Shown piece by piece: positions 28,759 to 39,181 of a stretch of 64,000 bases of DNA. Position 1 is the stretch's first letter, and the number at the start of each line of letters is the position of its first letter. The stretch is taken from positions 129,980 through 193,979 of IMG/VR virus record IMGVR_UViG_3300015202_000004. One strand, given 5' to 3'. The position numbers and the translations under genes are program-made. Source of the stretch: a virus. A model generated the notes under the pieces. The model worked only from the letters and a program-made list of their open reading frames with translations. It did no database searches and had not been told where the DNA came from.

Positions 28759-29370
28759 AATATTTTGCATCAAATTATAAAAATCTTTCTCTGAACAATT
28801 ACCTTTCATTGTATTGATTTTAAAACAGCACCAAACTAAATTCTCTTTAACATAACCTTTTTCAGGTTCAAGCTTATCTAAAGACAAGCTATTCTCTAAA
28901 GGTTTTCCTTGTTTTTGATTAAAAACCATTTCTTTTTTTGTATAATAACATAATCCATTTTGTTTTTCATATAAATTTAAAAGATAATCAACATCAATGT
29001 CTGAAGTGACAACGCTTTTATTTCTCCAAGTTGAAATTCTTTCTTGAATATGTTGTTTAATAGTCATATTTTCAAGATTTTTTCGCTTATATTCTTGCCA
29101 GGTTGCTCTTGGAATATTTGCATACTCACAAGGATTACACCAAGAATTATAACATTTAAGAATTTGCCTAGAATCTGCTTTACTTCTGTAATTTTTTATT
29201 TTAAATTTATCAATAGGTAAAATTTTCTTACATTTGCTACATTTTTTTTCTTTAATAATTTCTTTTATCTTTATCATTCTGTGCCCGTAAGCAAACCTTC
29301 TTGGACGCCCATTTTCGCTTTTTTCTGGTATTATCGTTCCACAGTTGCATTCACAATATTTTGTTTCCAT
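28717..29370 (-). CDS. HNH homing endonuclease-like protein
   Basis: CECNCG N-terminus; QNGLCYY...SLDKLEPEKGYVKENLVWCC..INTMK. Confidence 0.8.
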   Translation of the reverse strand: METKYCECNCGTIIPEKSENGRPRRFAYGHRMIKIKEIIKEKKCSKCKKILPIDKFKIKNYRSKADSRQILKCYNSWCNPCEYANIPRATWQEYKRKNLENMTIKQHIQERISTWRNKSVVTSDIDVDYLLNLYEKQNGLCYYTKKEMVFNQKQGKPLENSLSLDKLEPEKGYVKENLVWCCFKINTMKGNCSEKDFYNLMQNILKIAQMTNGKTII

Positions 29371-29498
29371 TAAAAATCTCCTTGACTTTTTAACAAGACA
29401 AGGGTATAATAGTTGGGATATGTAATAGCGTAACATTACCATAGCTACAAACGAAGCTAAGTTGAATAATGTGTTATCATGAAGGGTAGAGATATTTT

Positions 29499-29744
29499 AT
29501 GAAATTAGTCATTGAAGTCCACGATTTCGAAAACAAGCCTCCAGAAATACAGGAAGTATGGGAGCTTATTAACGGTGTCGCTAAACGAACCTTTGGAATT
29601 TCTGAAGATGATTTAAGCACCAAAGTAAATCTAAAAGACGAAAATGGCGCAAAGCTAACCCCTAAAGATGGCGAAGAATTCTTGCACTCGCTTTATGAAA
29701 AGATGAACCGTTCAACTTTTGTAACTGCTAGATTCGAGAACTAA
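29499..29744 (+). CDS. hypothetical protein
   Basis: 81-aa ORF directly upstream of the kinase gene. Confidence 0.55.
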   Translation: MKLVIEVHDFENKPPEIQEVWELINGVAKRTFGISEDDLSTKVNLKDENGAKLTPKDGEEFLHSLYEKMNRSTFVTARFEN

Positions 29745-29746
29745 TC

Positions 29747-30724
29747 ATGCGATTAATTTCTAATAAAATATTTTTAAATTTGCGTCGTGTGGCTTCGGCT
29801 GTACCGCGTCCTGACACTCCTTTTACTAATCCTACAGATAATCCTTACCATGACATGGAAACGCCGGATTCACACGCTTTCGGGCAAGAGAACCCAGCTA
29901 AGATGGTAAGAACACCTCATGCAGAGACACATGTTAATTCTGTTCATGAAGTTCATTATCCAAGTGGGCAAAAAGGCTATTTTAAACCAGGAGTCCATGG
30001 ACTTAAAGAGTCTGCGGTTCACCAAATTGGTAATCTATTAGGAATTGCAAACGATAGTAAATCAACGGATAAACTATTAATGCCTACGGTTATGCGAAAC
30101 CATCCCGACTATGATAACCATAATATTCCTAATCCATCGGCTCCTCGTATAGGTTCCGTAATGCAAGCTGCTCCTGGCGAAAGTCACATGCTAAACAATA
30201 CGCCTGATAAAATCCAAAATTATAAAAATTACCACGAAATGGCATTACTCGATGCTTTGACGGGTAATATGGACAGGCATCCAGAAAATGTTATGGCAGA
30301 CCACAAGAATAAGAAAATTCATGGTATCGACCATAGCGAAGCATTTGATTACGACAATCATACGTTTGACCCCACCGACACTCTTGGTGGCGTTCAACAT
30401 GCGAATAGATTACCACATAATACACCATTGCCACCACAGATGCTAGAACGTTTGAGAAGTTTACCTAACAGTGATTTTCATGAGGTTTTAGATAAAATGA
30501 TGTTTCATCCTACAATGGTTGATAAGATGCAGAATCCAGGCACCGTTACCTTGCCGAGTGGGAAAGTTAAAAACAAAGCAAAGCCATTGGTATCAGGATT
30601 CGCAAATACTAGAAAACATTTTGATAACATGTTGAACCTCGCCCGTAAGTCTAATACCTTCGGCGAGCTTCGAGATAATTATAACAATCACTATAATCCA
30701 ACAGGCGCACAGCCTGATTTTTAA
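29747..30724 (+). CDS. PI3/4-kinase-like (HipA/CtkA-type) protein kinase
   Basis: YFKP, E.A.....LLG, D.L.GN.DRH..N, IDHS.AF. Confidence 0.8.
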   Translation: MRLISNKIFLNLRRVASAVPRPDTPFTNPTDNPYHDMETPDSHAFGQENPAKMVRTPHAETHVNSVHEVHYPSGQKGYFKPGVHGLKESAVHQIGNLLGIANDSKSTDKLLMPTVMRNHPDYDNHNIPNPSAPRIGSVMQAAPGESHMLNNTPDKIQNYKNYHEMALLDALTGNMDRHPENVMADHKNKKIHGIDHSEAFDYDNHTFDPTDTLGGVQHANRLPHNTPLPPQMLERLRSLPNSDFHEVLDKMMFHPTMVDKMQNPGTVTLPSGKVKNKAKPLVSGFANTRKHFDNMLNLARKSNTFGELRDNYNNHYNPTGAQPDF

Positions 30725-30738
30725 GGGGACCTTCCTAA

Positions 30739-30897
30739 ATGAGCGACAAAGTAGAAATTTACTGCTTCAAGTGTAGAGCTAAGACAGAAGCAAAAGATTT
30801 GACACCAGTGACCATGAAAAATGGTAAATCAGCCACCTCCGCCCTATGCACAGTATGCAACGGCAAAGTTTTCAAAATCGGAAAATCAGTCAAATAA
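30739..30897 (+). CDS. DUF5679-like small zinc-ribbon protein (52 aa)
   Basis: Manual translation MSDKVEIYCFKCRAK...VTMKNGKSATSALCTVCNGKVFKIG; GGGGA SD; followed by a terminator at 30901-30927. Confidence 0.75.
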   Translation: MSDKVEIYCFKCRAKTEAKDLTPVTMKNGKSATSALCTVCNGKVFKIGKSVK

Positions 30898-30969
30898 CAT
30901 AAAACCCGCCTCACAGCGGGTTTTTTTATAGGTATTGACATAATAAGATATTTGTGGTAGAATGATTTT

Positions 30970-31452
30970 ATGCCACGCGACAATCAAAGAAGCATTCTTT
31001 ATAAGTGGGAAGACCGAGTTGTAGCACATCACTCGCCCACAGAGTTAACTTTGGACGAATGCCAAGCTCTTGTAAACGACGCCTCTAGTGGCTTTCCAAT
31101 AAAGCCACCGGAGATTAAAGCAGGGCGTTCCAAGAAGCAGGCTTATGGTGATTACCAATTCATCACCTTGCCTCCATGGTCGCGACGACGACACATCGTG
31201 CTGCATGAACTTGCTCATGCACTGGTTGGCAGGTTCTCCCCGCGAGCAACGATTCAAGGGCATGGACCTGAATTTGTAAGCGTCTACATTTATTTGCTCC
31301 ACCACTATGAGGGTTTTTCTTATAGTGATTTATTCCGCAGCATTTCTGAATATAATTTAAAATGGTCCGACAGTCGATTAATTCCACGCTTCCAACATGA
31401 TTTCAAACCATCACAAAGTCTCGTGGCATCTAATCAATTGATTACCTATTGA
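30970..31452 (+). CDS. HExxH metallopeptidase (SprT/TIGR04338-like)
   Basis: RDNQRSILY.WE, IVLHELAH, GHGPEF. Confidence 0.8.
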   Translation: MPRDNQRSILYKWEDRVVAHHSPTELTLDECQALVNDASSGFPIKPPEIKAGRSKKQAYGDYQFITLPPWSRRRHIVLHELAHALVGRFSPRATIQGHGPEFVSVYIYLLHHYEGFSYSDLFRSISEYNLKWSDSRLIPRFQHDFKPSQSLVASNQLITY

Positions 31453-31480
31453 CAGGTGTGGTAAGATAATAGAATAACAC

Positions 31481-32086
31481 TTGCCTACCAAAGGTTTTAA
31501 ATTGATTACAAGGAATCAAACTCGCGACTTTCAAAAGCGACGAGTTTATGGATGGGCACAAGATTATGTCCTTTCAGTTGACCACAGTTGTTTAGACATT
31601 ATCGCCTGTCAAAGAATTGGCGAAGATGTTTTACGGTGCTATGGCATCAAAAGAACGCTTCCAATTAAAACATTTGTTGCAAAGAAAATGCGCGGCATAT
31701 ACAAGCCAGATTTCACCATTAAGTTAACTGATAAGGGGAAAATGCGACCTATCGTTTTACACGAAGTTGCACACGCTCTAACAAGATTTTATTATGGTTA
31801 TTCAGTTCCATCGCATGGTAAAGAGTTTATGGGATTTTTCATGATTCTGTTGAATAAATGGAGTCGCATCCCCATGAGCGAATTAAAGCGAACGGCTACT
31901 CTAGAGCAAATTGAATTTGTTGACCCAAAGTATATGATGAAGCCAAAATCGGTTATGCGTCCGCGAGAACAATTAAGAAACGAATACGAAGTAAAAGCCT
32001 TACCTAATTTTATTCCAGAAAATGTTCAATTTCATTTAATCCCTGGAAAATACGGCGGATACAAAGGGCAGTTTTTCAAGTTCTAA
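31481..32086 (+). CDS. HExxH metallopeptidase paralogue
   Basis: RDFQKRRVY, IVLHEVAH, SHGKEF. Confidence 0.8.
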   Translation: MPTKGFKLITRNQTRDFQKRRVYGWAQDYVLSVDHSCLDIIACQRIGEDVLRCYGIKRTLPIKTFVAKKMRGIYKPDFTIKLTDKGKMRPIVLHEVAHALTRFYYGYSVPSHGKEFMGFFMILLNKWSRIPMSELKRTATLEQIEFVDPKYMMKPKSVMRPREQLRNEYEVKALPNFIPENVQFHLIPGKYGGYKGQFFKF

Positions 32087-32136
32087 ACTCTTGACAGATG
32101 TGTTATAATGTAGTTGAAATAAATAGAGGATTAAAA

Positions 32137-32709
32137 ATGAAATACTACACATCTGATTTGCATCTAAATCATGCGAATCTAATTACATTCAATATACCTA
32201 CCAGAAAATTTAAAAACATTCAGGAGCATAATGCGTTTGTTACTACGCGCTGGAATACAATTGTCAATTGGGACGATGAAGTTTATTGTCTTGGAGATTT
32301 TGCCCTAGGACCACCTGAAGATATTCCAAGTTATGTCAACCAATTAAACGGTATAAAACACCTTATCACAGGTAACCACGATTGGGGAAAGGAAGAATAT
32401 CATGAACAGGCTGCTTGGGAATCCATTCAGAAACAACTTCATATCATCGACGGTGAGTATAAAGTTTGGCTCGCCCATATGCCCCTCCAGAAAGCTCCTG
32501 ACAAGCGAGGCTACGAACGTCCAATCCCACTTGAGGATTACGACATTTGTCTAGGCGGGCACGTTCACGGAAAATATTTCGTCAACGATTGTAGCTCCAT
32601 CAACGTAGGAGTAGACGTAAACGATTTTTACCCAAAAACACTAGAACAATTATTAGAAAAAGCTTCGACTTCTGAAATGGAAGACTCCTCAAAGTTCTAC
32701 CCGGTATAG
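32137..32709 (+). CDS. calcineurin-like phosphoesterase
   Basis: TSDLHLNH, LGDF, GNHD, H.P, GHVH, NVGVD; GAGGA SD. Confidence 0.9.
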   Translation: MKYYTSDLHLNHANLITFNIPTRKFKNIQEHNAFVTTRWNTIVNWDDEVYCLGDFALGPPEDIPSYVNQLNGIKHLITGNHDWGKEEYHEQAAWESIQKQLHIIDGEYKVWLAHMPLQKAPDKRGYERPIPLEDYDICLGGHVHGKYFVNDCSSINVGVDVNDFYPKTLEQLLEKASTSEMEDSSKFYPV

Positions 32710-32710
32710 A

Positions 32711-32752
32711 AAAACCACGGTTGCCGAAGGCTCAACCGTGGTTCTTTTTTTT
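32711..32752. terminator. bidirectional intrinsic terminator
   Basis: AACCACGGTTG/CAACCGTGGTT stem with A and T tails between convergent genes. Confidence 0.75.
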
Positions 32753-33362
32753 ATGCTGACAGTAGTTCAGAATTTACAAATGTACCTTTTTTAGAAAAAT
32801 AAGCTCTAGACTTGTCTTCCGTACACTTAACACAACGACTTAGACCATCGGTAGGAGCGCGGCAAGTAATGCACAGCTTGGCCTCTCGGCGCTCTTTAGT
32901 CTTAATTTTTTGCCAGTTTCGGGCATATTCAAGACACTCTTTGCAACGCGACTTGCCCTCCAGGGCATCTTTAAGCTTACAACGATTACATACCATTTTG
33001 GGGCTTTTCCTTCATGGACGTTAGTATATCATGTAACGGCCAGCTTGTCAATACCTAGATAACCCCATCTTCAATAAGGAGAAAAACAAGCTCGTCAAGG
33101 TTCGTGTCAAGCAAGTGACCATGCGTGGCTAAAATTTCTTTAACCCATAATTCGGCCACGATATGTTTGGCTTGCTCGACAGAAAAGGCTTCCATGTAAT
33201 TATATATAACACAAAAACTTTTTGTAGTCAATATAGTCGGACCAGGTGATTCCTGGTCCTCTCAATCATCCCATAAAAAATTTTCTTATTCAAGGAGGAA
33301 CACTCTTTGAAGGCACAGAAGGGGCAGCAAACCAAGCTGCCAGAAACACACGGGAGAAATTT

Positions 33363-33719
33363 ATGGCTGTCGCAGAACCTGAGAAAAAACCAAGCTTAAA
33401 CGGAGTCGCTTCCCACGTTGAAACCGCACCACCCAAACGTAGAAAAAGTAAAGGGCGCGTAACGGTCACCCGCAAAGCCGGGGCCTCTTGCAATATTTGC
33501 AAGAGTAAATTCAAAGGCCAACACGGTGTCGCCGTCCACAAACAACGGATGCACAACGGCTCTGCCAAGGAAGAAACGCCTACGCGCAATACCGCTCTGA
33601 AAAAGTACGAAAAACTGCGTAAGCTTTGGCTTACCAAAGCAAGCACGGCCTCGGACCCGAAGGTAAGCGCAACGATATTCGAATGCCTGCTTGACCTGAA
33701 TAGCGAATTTACTAGGTAG
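33363..33719 (+). CDS. C2H2 zinc-finger protein
   Basis: CNICKSKFKGQHGVAVHKQRMH; GGAG SD before the ATG at 33363. Confidence 0.6.
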   Translation: MAVAEPEKKPSLNGVASHVETAPPKRRKSKGRVTVTRKAGASCNICKSKFKGQHGVAVHKQRMHNGSAKEETPTRNTALKKYEKLRKLWLTKASTASDPKVSATIFECLLDLNSEFTR

Positions 33720-34065
33720 AAGCCTTCTTAATAGGCTTTTTATAACGCTTTAGTGCGATTGCAAGGCGGTAGTTCTTCATGTTCAATTGTCCTTGCGTCA
33801 CGCCTTCGGCTTCACAATCTGAACAGTATAAATATTCATCAATTATTTTTACACGCTTATTGTCTTTTTCAACAATCAATAAGCTTGACTTTTCGATGAC
33901 AGTAAAGTTTTTACATTCCTGGCATTGGATGGTGCCGCGCAGGACGTAAAGAGACGCCCTTGCACAAGCAGCACAAATGGGTTGTTCAATACCCCAATCA
34001 TACAAATTAAACGCGCTATCGCCGCATTGGGGGCAAACGACAGCGTAAACGTAATCAAATAGCAT
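33712..34065 (-). CDS. Cys-rich zinc-ribbon protein
   Basis: Four CxxC pairs. Confidence 0.5.
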   Translation of the reverse strand: MLFDYVYAVVCPQCGDSAFNLYDWGIEQPICAACARASLYVLRGTIQCQECKNFTVIEKSSLLIVEKDNKRVKIIDEYLYCSDCEAEGVTQGQLNMKNYRLAIALKRYKKPIKKAST

Positions 34066-34118
34066 TATTCTTATATTGTAGTTTAATAACCCTTGACTTG
34101 ATGTGATATAATACTTGC

Positions 34119-34460
34119 ATGGCTGAATACACGGTTCCTGAAATTAGTATGGGTGCGACGATATATTATGGCTCAGATTCATACCCCTACACGATTGTTG
34201 AGGTGTCCCTGAATGATAAAGCATTTGTAATGCAATCTGATTTTCACACCTTGAAACAAGTGTCAAAGTTCCCCGTAGTGCCAAACCAACCGCAAATCGC
34301 AGTGCAAATTTCGCTCGTAGAGCCTGTTTTCACGCCCAATCCTGATGGTAACCTTATCCAAGTTCGTTGGTCTGACAAAGATGTTTATTGGAAAGTTGTT
34401 AAATCACAAACTTGGGTCACAATTGGATTCCGCCGTTTTTACCAAAGTCTTGATTTTTAG
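34119..34460 (+). CDS. hypothetical phage protein
   Basis: GAT..YGSD.YPYTI.EV...IG.RR.Y..DF pattern; own promoter. Confidence 0.6.
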   Translation: MAEYTVPEISMGATIYYGSDSYPYTIVEVSLNDKAFVMQSDFHTLKQVSKFPVVPNQPQIAVQISLVEPVFTPNPDGNLIQVRWSDKDVYWKVVKSQTWVTIGFRRFYQSLDF

Positions 34461-35445
34461 GAGTTTTTATGTGCCAACCGTCGTTCGAACGCGCAGTGAT
34501 AGCGGTCAATCAATTTATCAAACACAACATGCTTTCTGAAGCCCAGACTTCTTTAATCTTAGTACAGCGGTATATGGATTCGACTCCGCTCAACCAACAA
34601 ATTTTCCAAGACATTCAACTACGTATAAACCAAAAAATAGCAGAGAATAATTAATCCTTTTCCACCTCTTTTATTTATATATTTGATTACTTATATCATT
34701 ACTTAATCTATTTGTCAATAGGGTACTTGACATTTATCTTAAACTATGATAATATACTGGAAATGAAAACTTTAGTAGTTTATGGTTCTAGTGACAATAT
34801 TATTACTGCCACTGGTATTCCTGGTGGTAACGAATTTTATTCTTCTAATCCAAATAACAATAATGCTATTCAAGCAGCCCTTTCGGTTGGCGGAAAAGTT
34901 GTTATTTTAGCCCTCTACTGGAATGGCGTTTGGTCTTTTTCTATCAGTCAAATTGATGAAAATGTTCCGCTACCCGCTGATTGGGCTATTCGGCTTGCAC
35001 CGCATCGAAATGGCTATTCGATGGAAGTTCAAATGGATGTGCCTGATGATACTGCGCTATCAGAAATTAAACTAAATGGCTAAAGTAACTGCTGAAGCTA
35101 ATGTTAGCTACAAAGAACTGGGTTATATTATTAACCCGATTACTCGAAATGGCCCTTATGACCCTGTTGGTTACCCTCAAGAAAATATTATTGAATTGCC
35201 TATGGGCGCTCAAATTTCTGGAGCCAAAAGCCAAAATGACTGGTCAAAATTCAATACGCCTGACGACGTAATTCGCATTTATGCCTTGGTTCCATTGACC
35301 GTACACAATGAAATTCCTACCGTTACAGAAAAACGATTAATTTACGTTTTTCCAACAGGCGGAATAATCAATGTCCCCAGCGATGCCGAAAAAATTACAA
35401 TTGTCAAAGAAGGAAATGGAAGTTTAATATATCATATTTATGCTT

Positions 35446-36174
35446 CTAAATAGTTATTTTTAAAAATTTTAAGATTTTAATCATATTATCAATATTCATA
35501 CTTCCTTTCGCTGTATTACAATTTTTACAGCAAGGAATACAATTTTCAAAAACATAACCTTTGGAATTATCAATCCTATCAATTCCGTTGTATATATAAA
35601 TTCCATTACAATAGTTTTGTTTTGAAATCTGTTTAGGTTCAATTGCACAATAAAAACAATTTTGTAATGTTAAATTTTTAAATTGTTCAACAGTTAATCG
35701 AAAATCAATTTTTCTTATTTTAGATTTGCTTTGATATTTATTGTATAGAAGATTCATAGCAGCTTCACTATAAGGTAATTTTAATAAACAACCGCAAGAT
35801 TTAATTGATAAAGATTTTAAATGCTGCAATCTACATTCAAAAATTTCTCCGCAATAACATTTGACTCTTGCCTTTGTATTTGTTGTTCTTTTTAATCTAT
35901 CATGAATAACGAAACACTCCAAAACTTCGCAGTTACTATATTTTTTTCCGATTTCATTTATTCTTTTATTTAAATGTCTTTGTGAAGTTCTTTGGCGTTG
36001 TAAACATCCACAAGACTTTACATTCCCTGCTACTAAATTACCTGGGAAAACTTCAGTTGTTTGGCCGCAATCGCATTTGCATGACCATTTGCTTAAATTA
36101 TTTTTATCTTTAATTAAGTTTAAAACGGTTAAATTTCCAAATTTTTCCCCGGTTAAATCTGTTATTTTTCTCAT
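35446..36174 (-). CDS. HNH homing endonuclease-like protein
   Basis: DLTGEKFG.LTV..C.CDCG..SCGC repeats; CFYC..YNGIDRIDNSKGY..NC.PCC..CN.AK. Confidence 0.85.
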   Translation of the reverse strand: MRKITDLTGEKFGNLTVLNLIKDKNNLSKWSCKCDCGQTTEVFPGNLVAGNVKSCGCLQRQRTSQRHLNKRINEIGKKYSNCEVLECFVIHDRLKRTTNTKARVKCYCGEIFECRLQHLKSLSIKSCGCLLKLPYSEAAMNLLYNKYQSKSKIRKIDFRLTVEQFKNLTLQNCFYCAIEPKQISKQNYCNGIYIYNGIDRIDNSKGYVFENCIPCCKNCNTAKGSMNIDNMIKILKFLKITI

Positions 36175-36257
36175 AGTTTATATACCATATCCATTAAAAA
36201 AGTTGACAAAATCTTGTCTATATGTTATAATATAAATATGACTAGGAAAGTAACAAA

Positions 36258-37373
36258 ATGAAGACGACTTTTGCACCACTTTATCACCTTGGTAAAAACA
36301 AAGCTTTATACTCCTACAATATTTGGTCGGAGGGCAATAAGGTTTATAGTGATACGGGCCAGGTAAACGGTCAACGTGTTACTTCTGTTATTACCGTTAC
36401 CCCCAAGAATGATGGTAAAGCCAATGCTACTACGGCAGAAGAGCAGGCTGTTAAAGAGGCTAAGGCAAAACATAAACACAAGCTTGACCGCAAATATTCA
36501 TTGACACCCGAGAAGGCAAGCGAAGAAGAAATTGCCCCGATGCTTGCACAGGTGTTCGAGAAGCGTAAGAACAAGAATGTTTATTATCCAGCAGATTTCC
36601 AACCAAAACTTGACGGCGTTCGAGCATTGGCGCAGTGCGATGGTGAGAATGTAATTCTTACTTCACGCGGATATCAAGAATGGACCGAAGTCACACATAT
36701 TAATAATGAATTAAAAGCAGTACTAGGCAAAGGTGATATTCTTGACGGCGAGCTTTATATTCATGGCGTCGGTTTCCAAACTCTTGTCAGTTGGGTGAAG
36801 CGCAAGCAACCTGAAACAATGCGAATTGAATATCATGTTTATGACATGCCTTCCCACGATGGCGAAGATTCCTTGGCATGGTCCGAACGCAAGGCTAATC
36901 TTGAAAAGTTTTTCAAATCAAACCCTAATCTAAAACATGTTAAGTATGTACCAAGTAAGACGGTCAGCAGTGAAGCCGATGTTCTTACAGCACATGACCA
37001 GGCAGTTGCAGATGGCTACGAAGGTGGCATTGTTCGTTTACAAAATGGCCTTTACAATTACGGCTACCGTTCCTACGATTTGCTTAAAGTAAAAAGCTTT
37101 GACGACGCTGAATTCACGGTAACAGGAGTCACAAACGGCGTTGGCAAGTTCGTAAATTGTGCAATCTGGATTTGCAAAACCGAAAAAGGTCAGGAATTCC
37201 GAGTTACACCTAAGACTACGCAGGTGGAAAAAGAACTGTTCTTAAAGAATTCAAAAGACTATATTGGCAAGCAATTAACCGTTGCCTATTTCGGTAAGAC
37301 CGATGATGGAATCCCTCGTTTCCCAGTGGGCGTTAAGTTTCGTCCCACTGAAGATATTCAAAAGAAAAAATGA
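36258..37373 (+). CDS. ATP-dependent DNA ligase
   Basis: PMLA, QPKLDGVR (active-site Lys), LDGELY, YD, EGGIVR, LLKVK, OB domain ending PRFP. Confidence 0.92.
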   Translation: MKTTFAPLYHLGKNKALYSYNIWSEGNKVYSDTGQVNGQRVTSVITVTPKNDGKANATTAEEQAVKEAKAKHKHKLDRKYSLTPEKASEEEIAPMLAQVFEKRKNKNVYYPADFQPKLDGVRALAQCDGENVILTSRGYQEWTEVTHINNELKAVLGKGDILDGELYIHGVGFQTLVSWVKRKQPETMRIEYHVYDMPSHDGEDSLAWSERKANLEKFFKSNPNLKHVKYVPSKTVSSEADVLTAHDQAVADGYEGGIVRLQNGLYNYGYRSYDLLKVKSFDDAEFTVTGVTNGVGKFVNCAIWICKTEKGQEFRVTPKTTQVEKELFLKNSKDYIGKQLTVAYFGKTDDGIPRFPVGVKFRPTEDIQKKK

Positions 37374-37677
37374 AATTTACCTTTGAAAAAATAAAAGCAG
37401 GCGGAAATCGTTATCCTGGAAACATTTATTATAATTTAAAAATAGACCGCAAGACTACAAAATATATAATTGAATTTATTTCGACGTATAATTGTTTTAA
37501 TGTTTTTTTTGCCAAAAATAAATTTAAAAATAAATTTAATTGGACTAAATGGACACCAGAATCTGCTTGGGTTGTAATTTATAGAGACTTGAAAAGTCTT
37601 GAAAAAGCAAAAATTAAGGCTTTTGAATCATTTGCAAAAGAAAACGAAGAGATTCTGAATTAACCAGAAAGAAAAAA

Positions 37678-38115
37678 ATGATTAACAAAATAGAAGCAGC
37701 ATATCAAAGGTTACTTAGAGCAAAATGGTATCAACCTTTCTATGCCAAATTCCTTTTTTACACAGCAACCTTCTTGCCACTTTTAGCGTTAATGTTTTAC
37801 ACTCTAACAAATAATTTTACAACTCATGTTGATTTGTTTTTTTATGCAGTTTTAGGCATTAGCGCTATTGGTGGTTTAATGATTGCTGCTTCATCGCATA
37901 ACGCTCAATTATATCGTCTGTGCAGAGAAGCTAAAGAAGACGTTATTCAAAATATTCGCGTTGGCTATGCCGTGGAACGAGCGGCCAACAAAGCAAGCGA
38001 TACGATTCATGACTTAACCATCAGAACGTATGTACCAAGCAAATGGCGCTTTTTAGATATGGAAACGAATCAGCTTTGGAGATTCGAAGATGGCAAGATG
38101 AAAAGCGATAATTAA
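37678..38115 (+). CDS. membrane protein
   Basis: Two hydrophobic helices. Confidence 0.55.
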   Translation: MINKIEAAYQRLLRAKWYQPFYAKFLFYTATFLPLLALMFYTLTNNFTTHVDLFFYAVLGISAIGGLMIAASSHNAQLYRLCREAKEDVIQNIRVGYAVERAANKASDTIHDLTIRTYVPSKWRFLDMETNQLWRFEDGKMKSDN

Positions 38116-38141
38116 TTACAAGTTTAGACTAGAATAATGGT

Positions 38142-38786
38142 ATGAGTATATTTAAGTGGATTGACAATTGGTTCGGTAAAGCTTCCTTTGAAGAATTCAA
38201 AAATTCTGAAGCAGAGGCTTTTTCTGCACAACTACAGGCAAAATCCGTAGAGTTATTTTACTTGCGGACAAATATTTATAATATCACCGATGCAATTTGT
38301 AATGACTATAAAAGAATTCATCAAGAAATTCAGACGGCTAGGGCCAATGATGTTCCTATCGAAGAATTACAAATAAATCTTGGCGAACGCGAAGCCATTG
38401 GTCGCATTCTGAAGATGCTACAAGGCCATGAAGACACTTCGGTAATCATCAGCAATGCGTTTTACGAAGTAAATTCTACTGCTATGGATGTGAAGACGGT
38501 TGACAACCACCAATATACCCGCCAGGAAATATTAGCTTGGATTATTAACGAAATCATGATTATCATTGGGTGTTCCGAAGAAGACCTGGACACTAATCTT
38601 AATGAAATTGAAAAACTAGATTTGTCCGATGACTTGGGTCTTGATTCACTAGATTTAGTCGAGCTTCTAATGGCCGCAGAATCGAATTATGGCATAGATA
38701 TTGCTAACGAAGCAGCAGTTACCGTCAAAACGGTTGAACAAGCAATAGACTTAATAATTATAGCCACCGCGATAGAGCGTGGATAA
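38142..38786 (+). CDS. protein with C-terminal acyl carrier protein domain
   Basis: DDLGLDSLDLVELLMAAE..YGIDI.......KTV phosphopantetheine-site motif. Confidence 0.8.
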   Translation: MSIFKWIDNWFGKASFEEFKNSEAEAFSAQLQAKSVELFYLRTNIYNITDAICNDYKRIHQEIQTARANDVPIEELQINLGEREAIGRILKMLQGHEDTSVIISNAFYEVNSTAMDVKTVDNHQYTRQEILAWIINEIMIIIGCSEEDLDTNLNEIEKLDLSDDLGLDSLDLVELLMAAESNYGIDIANEAAVTVKTVEQAIDLIIIATAIERG

Positions 38787-39181
38787 AAAAAGAAAGGCCG
38801 ATGCGAATCGGCCTTTTTTGTTGGCATTATAATCCATGATATGATTAATCCGAAAAATATTAAAGCAAAAATTATATCTATTACCAAACCTTACGTTTTG
38901 TTGGGTCAAAGAAATATACAGTCGGCGCAAATGTATAATTTGTGCCTGTTGTTGTGTTAGATATTACGCTGCCATATGATGTTGCGTTTTGTTCTGAAGC
39001 GCAATGATAGCAACTAGTTTTAACCTCTACAAGGCAGTATGCGCCTGGTGGTAGGCCATCATAATTTGAGGTATATCCTCTACCGCCACAATGGTAACAT
39101 GGATATGCGCGAAAAGACGCCTGTCTATAACGACAGCACGCCAATTCACAAGGATGGTTATTATGGTACATTTACTACTCC

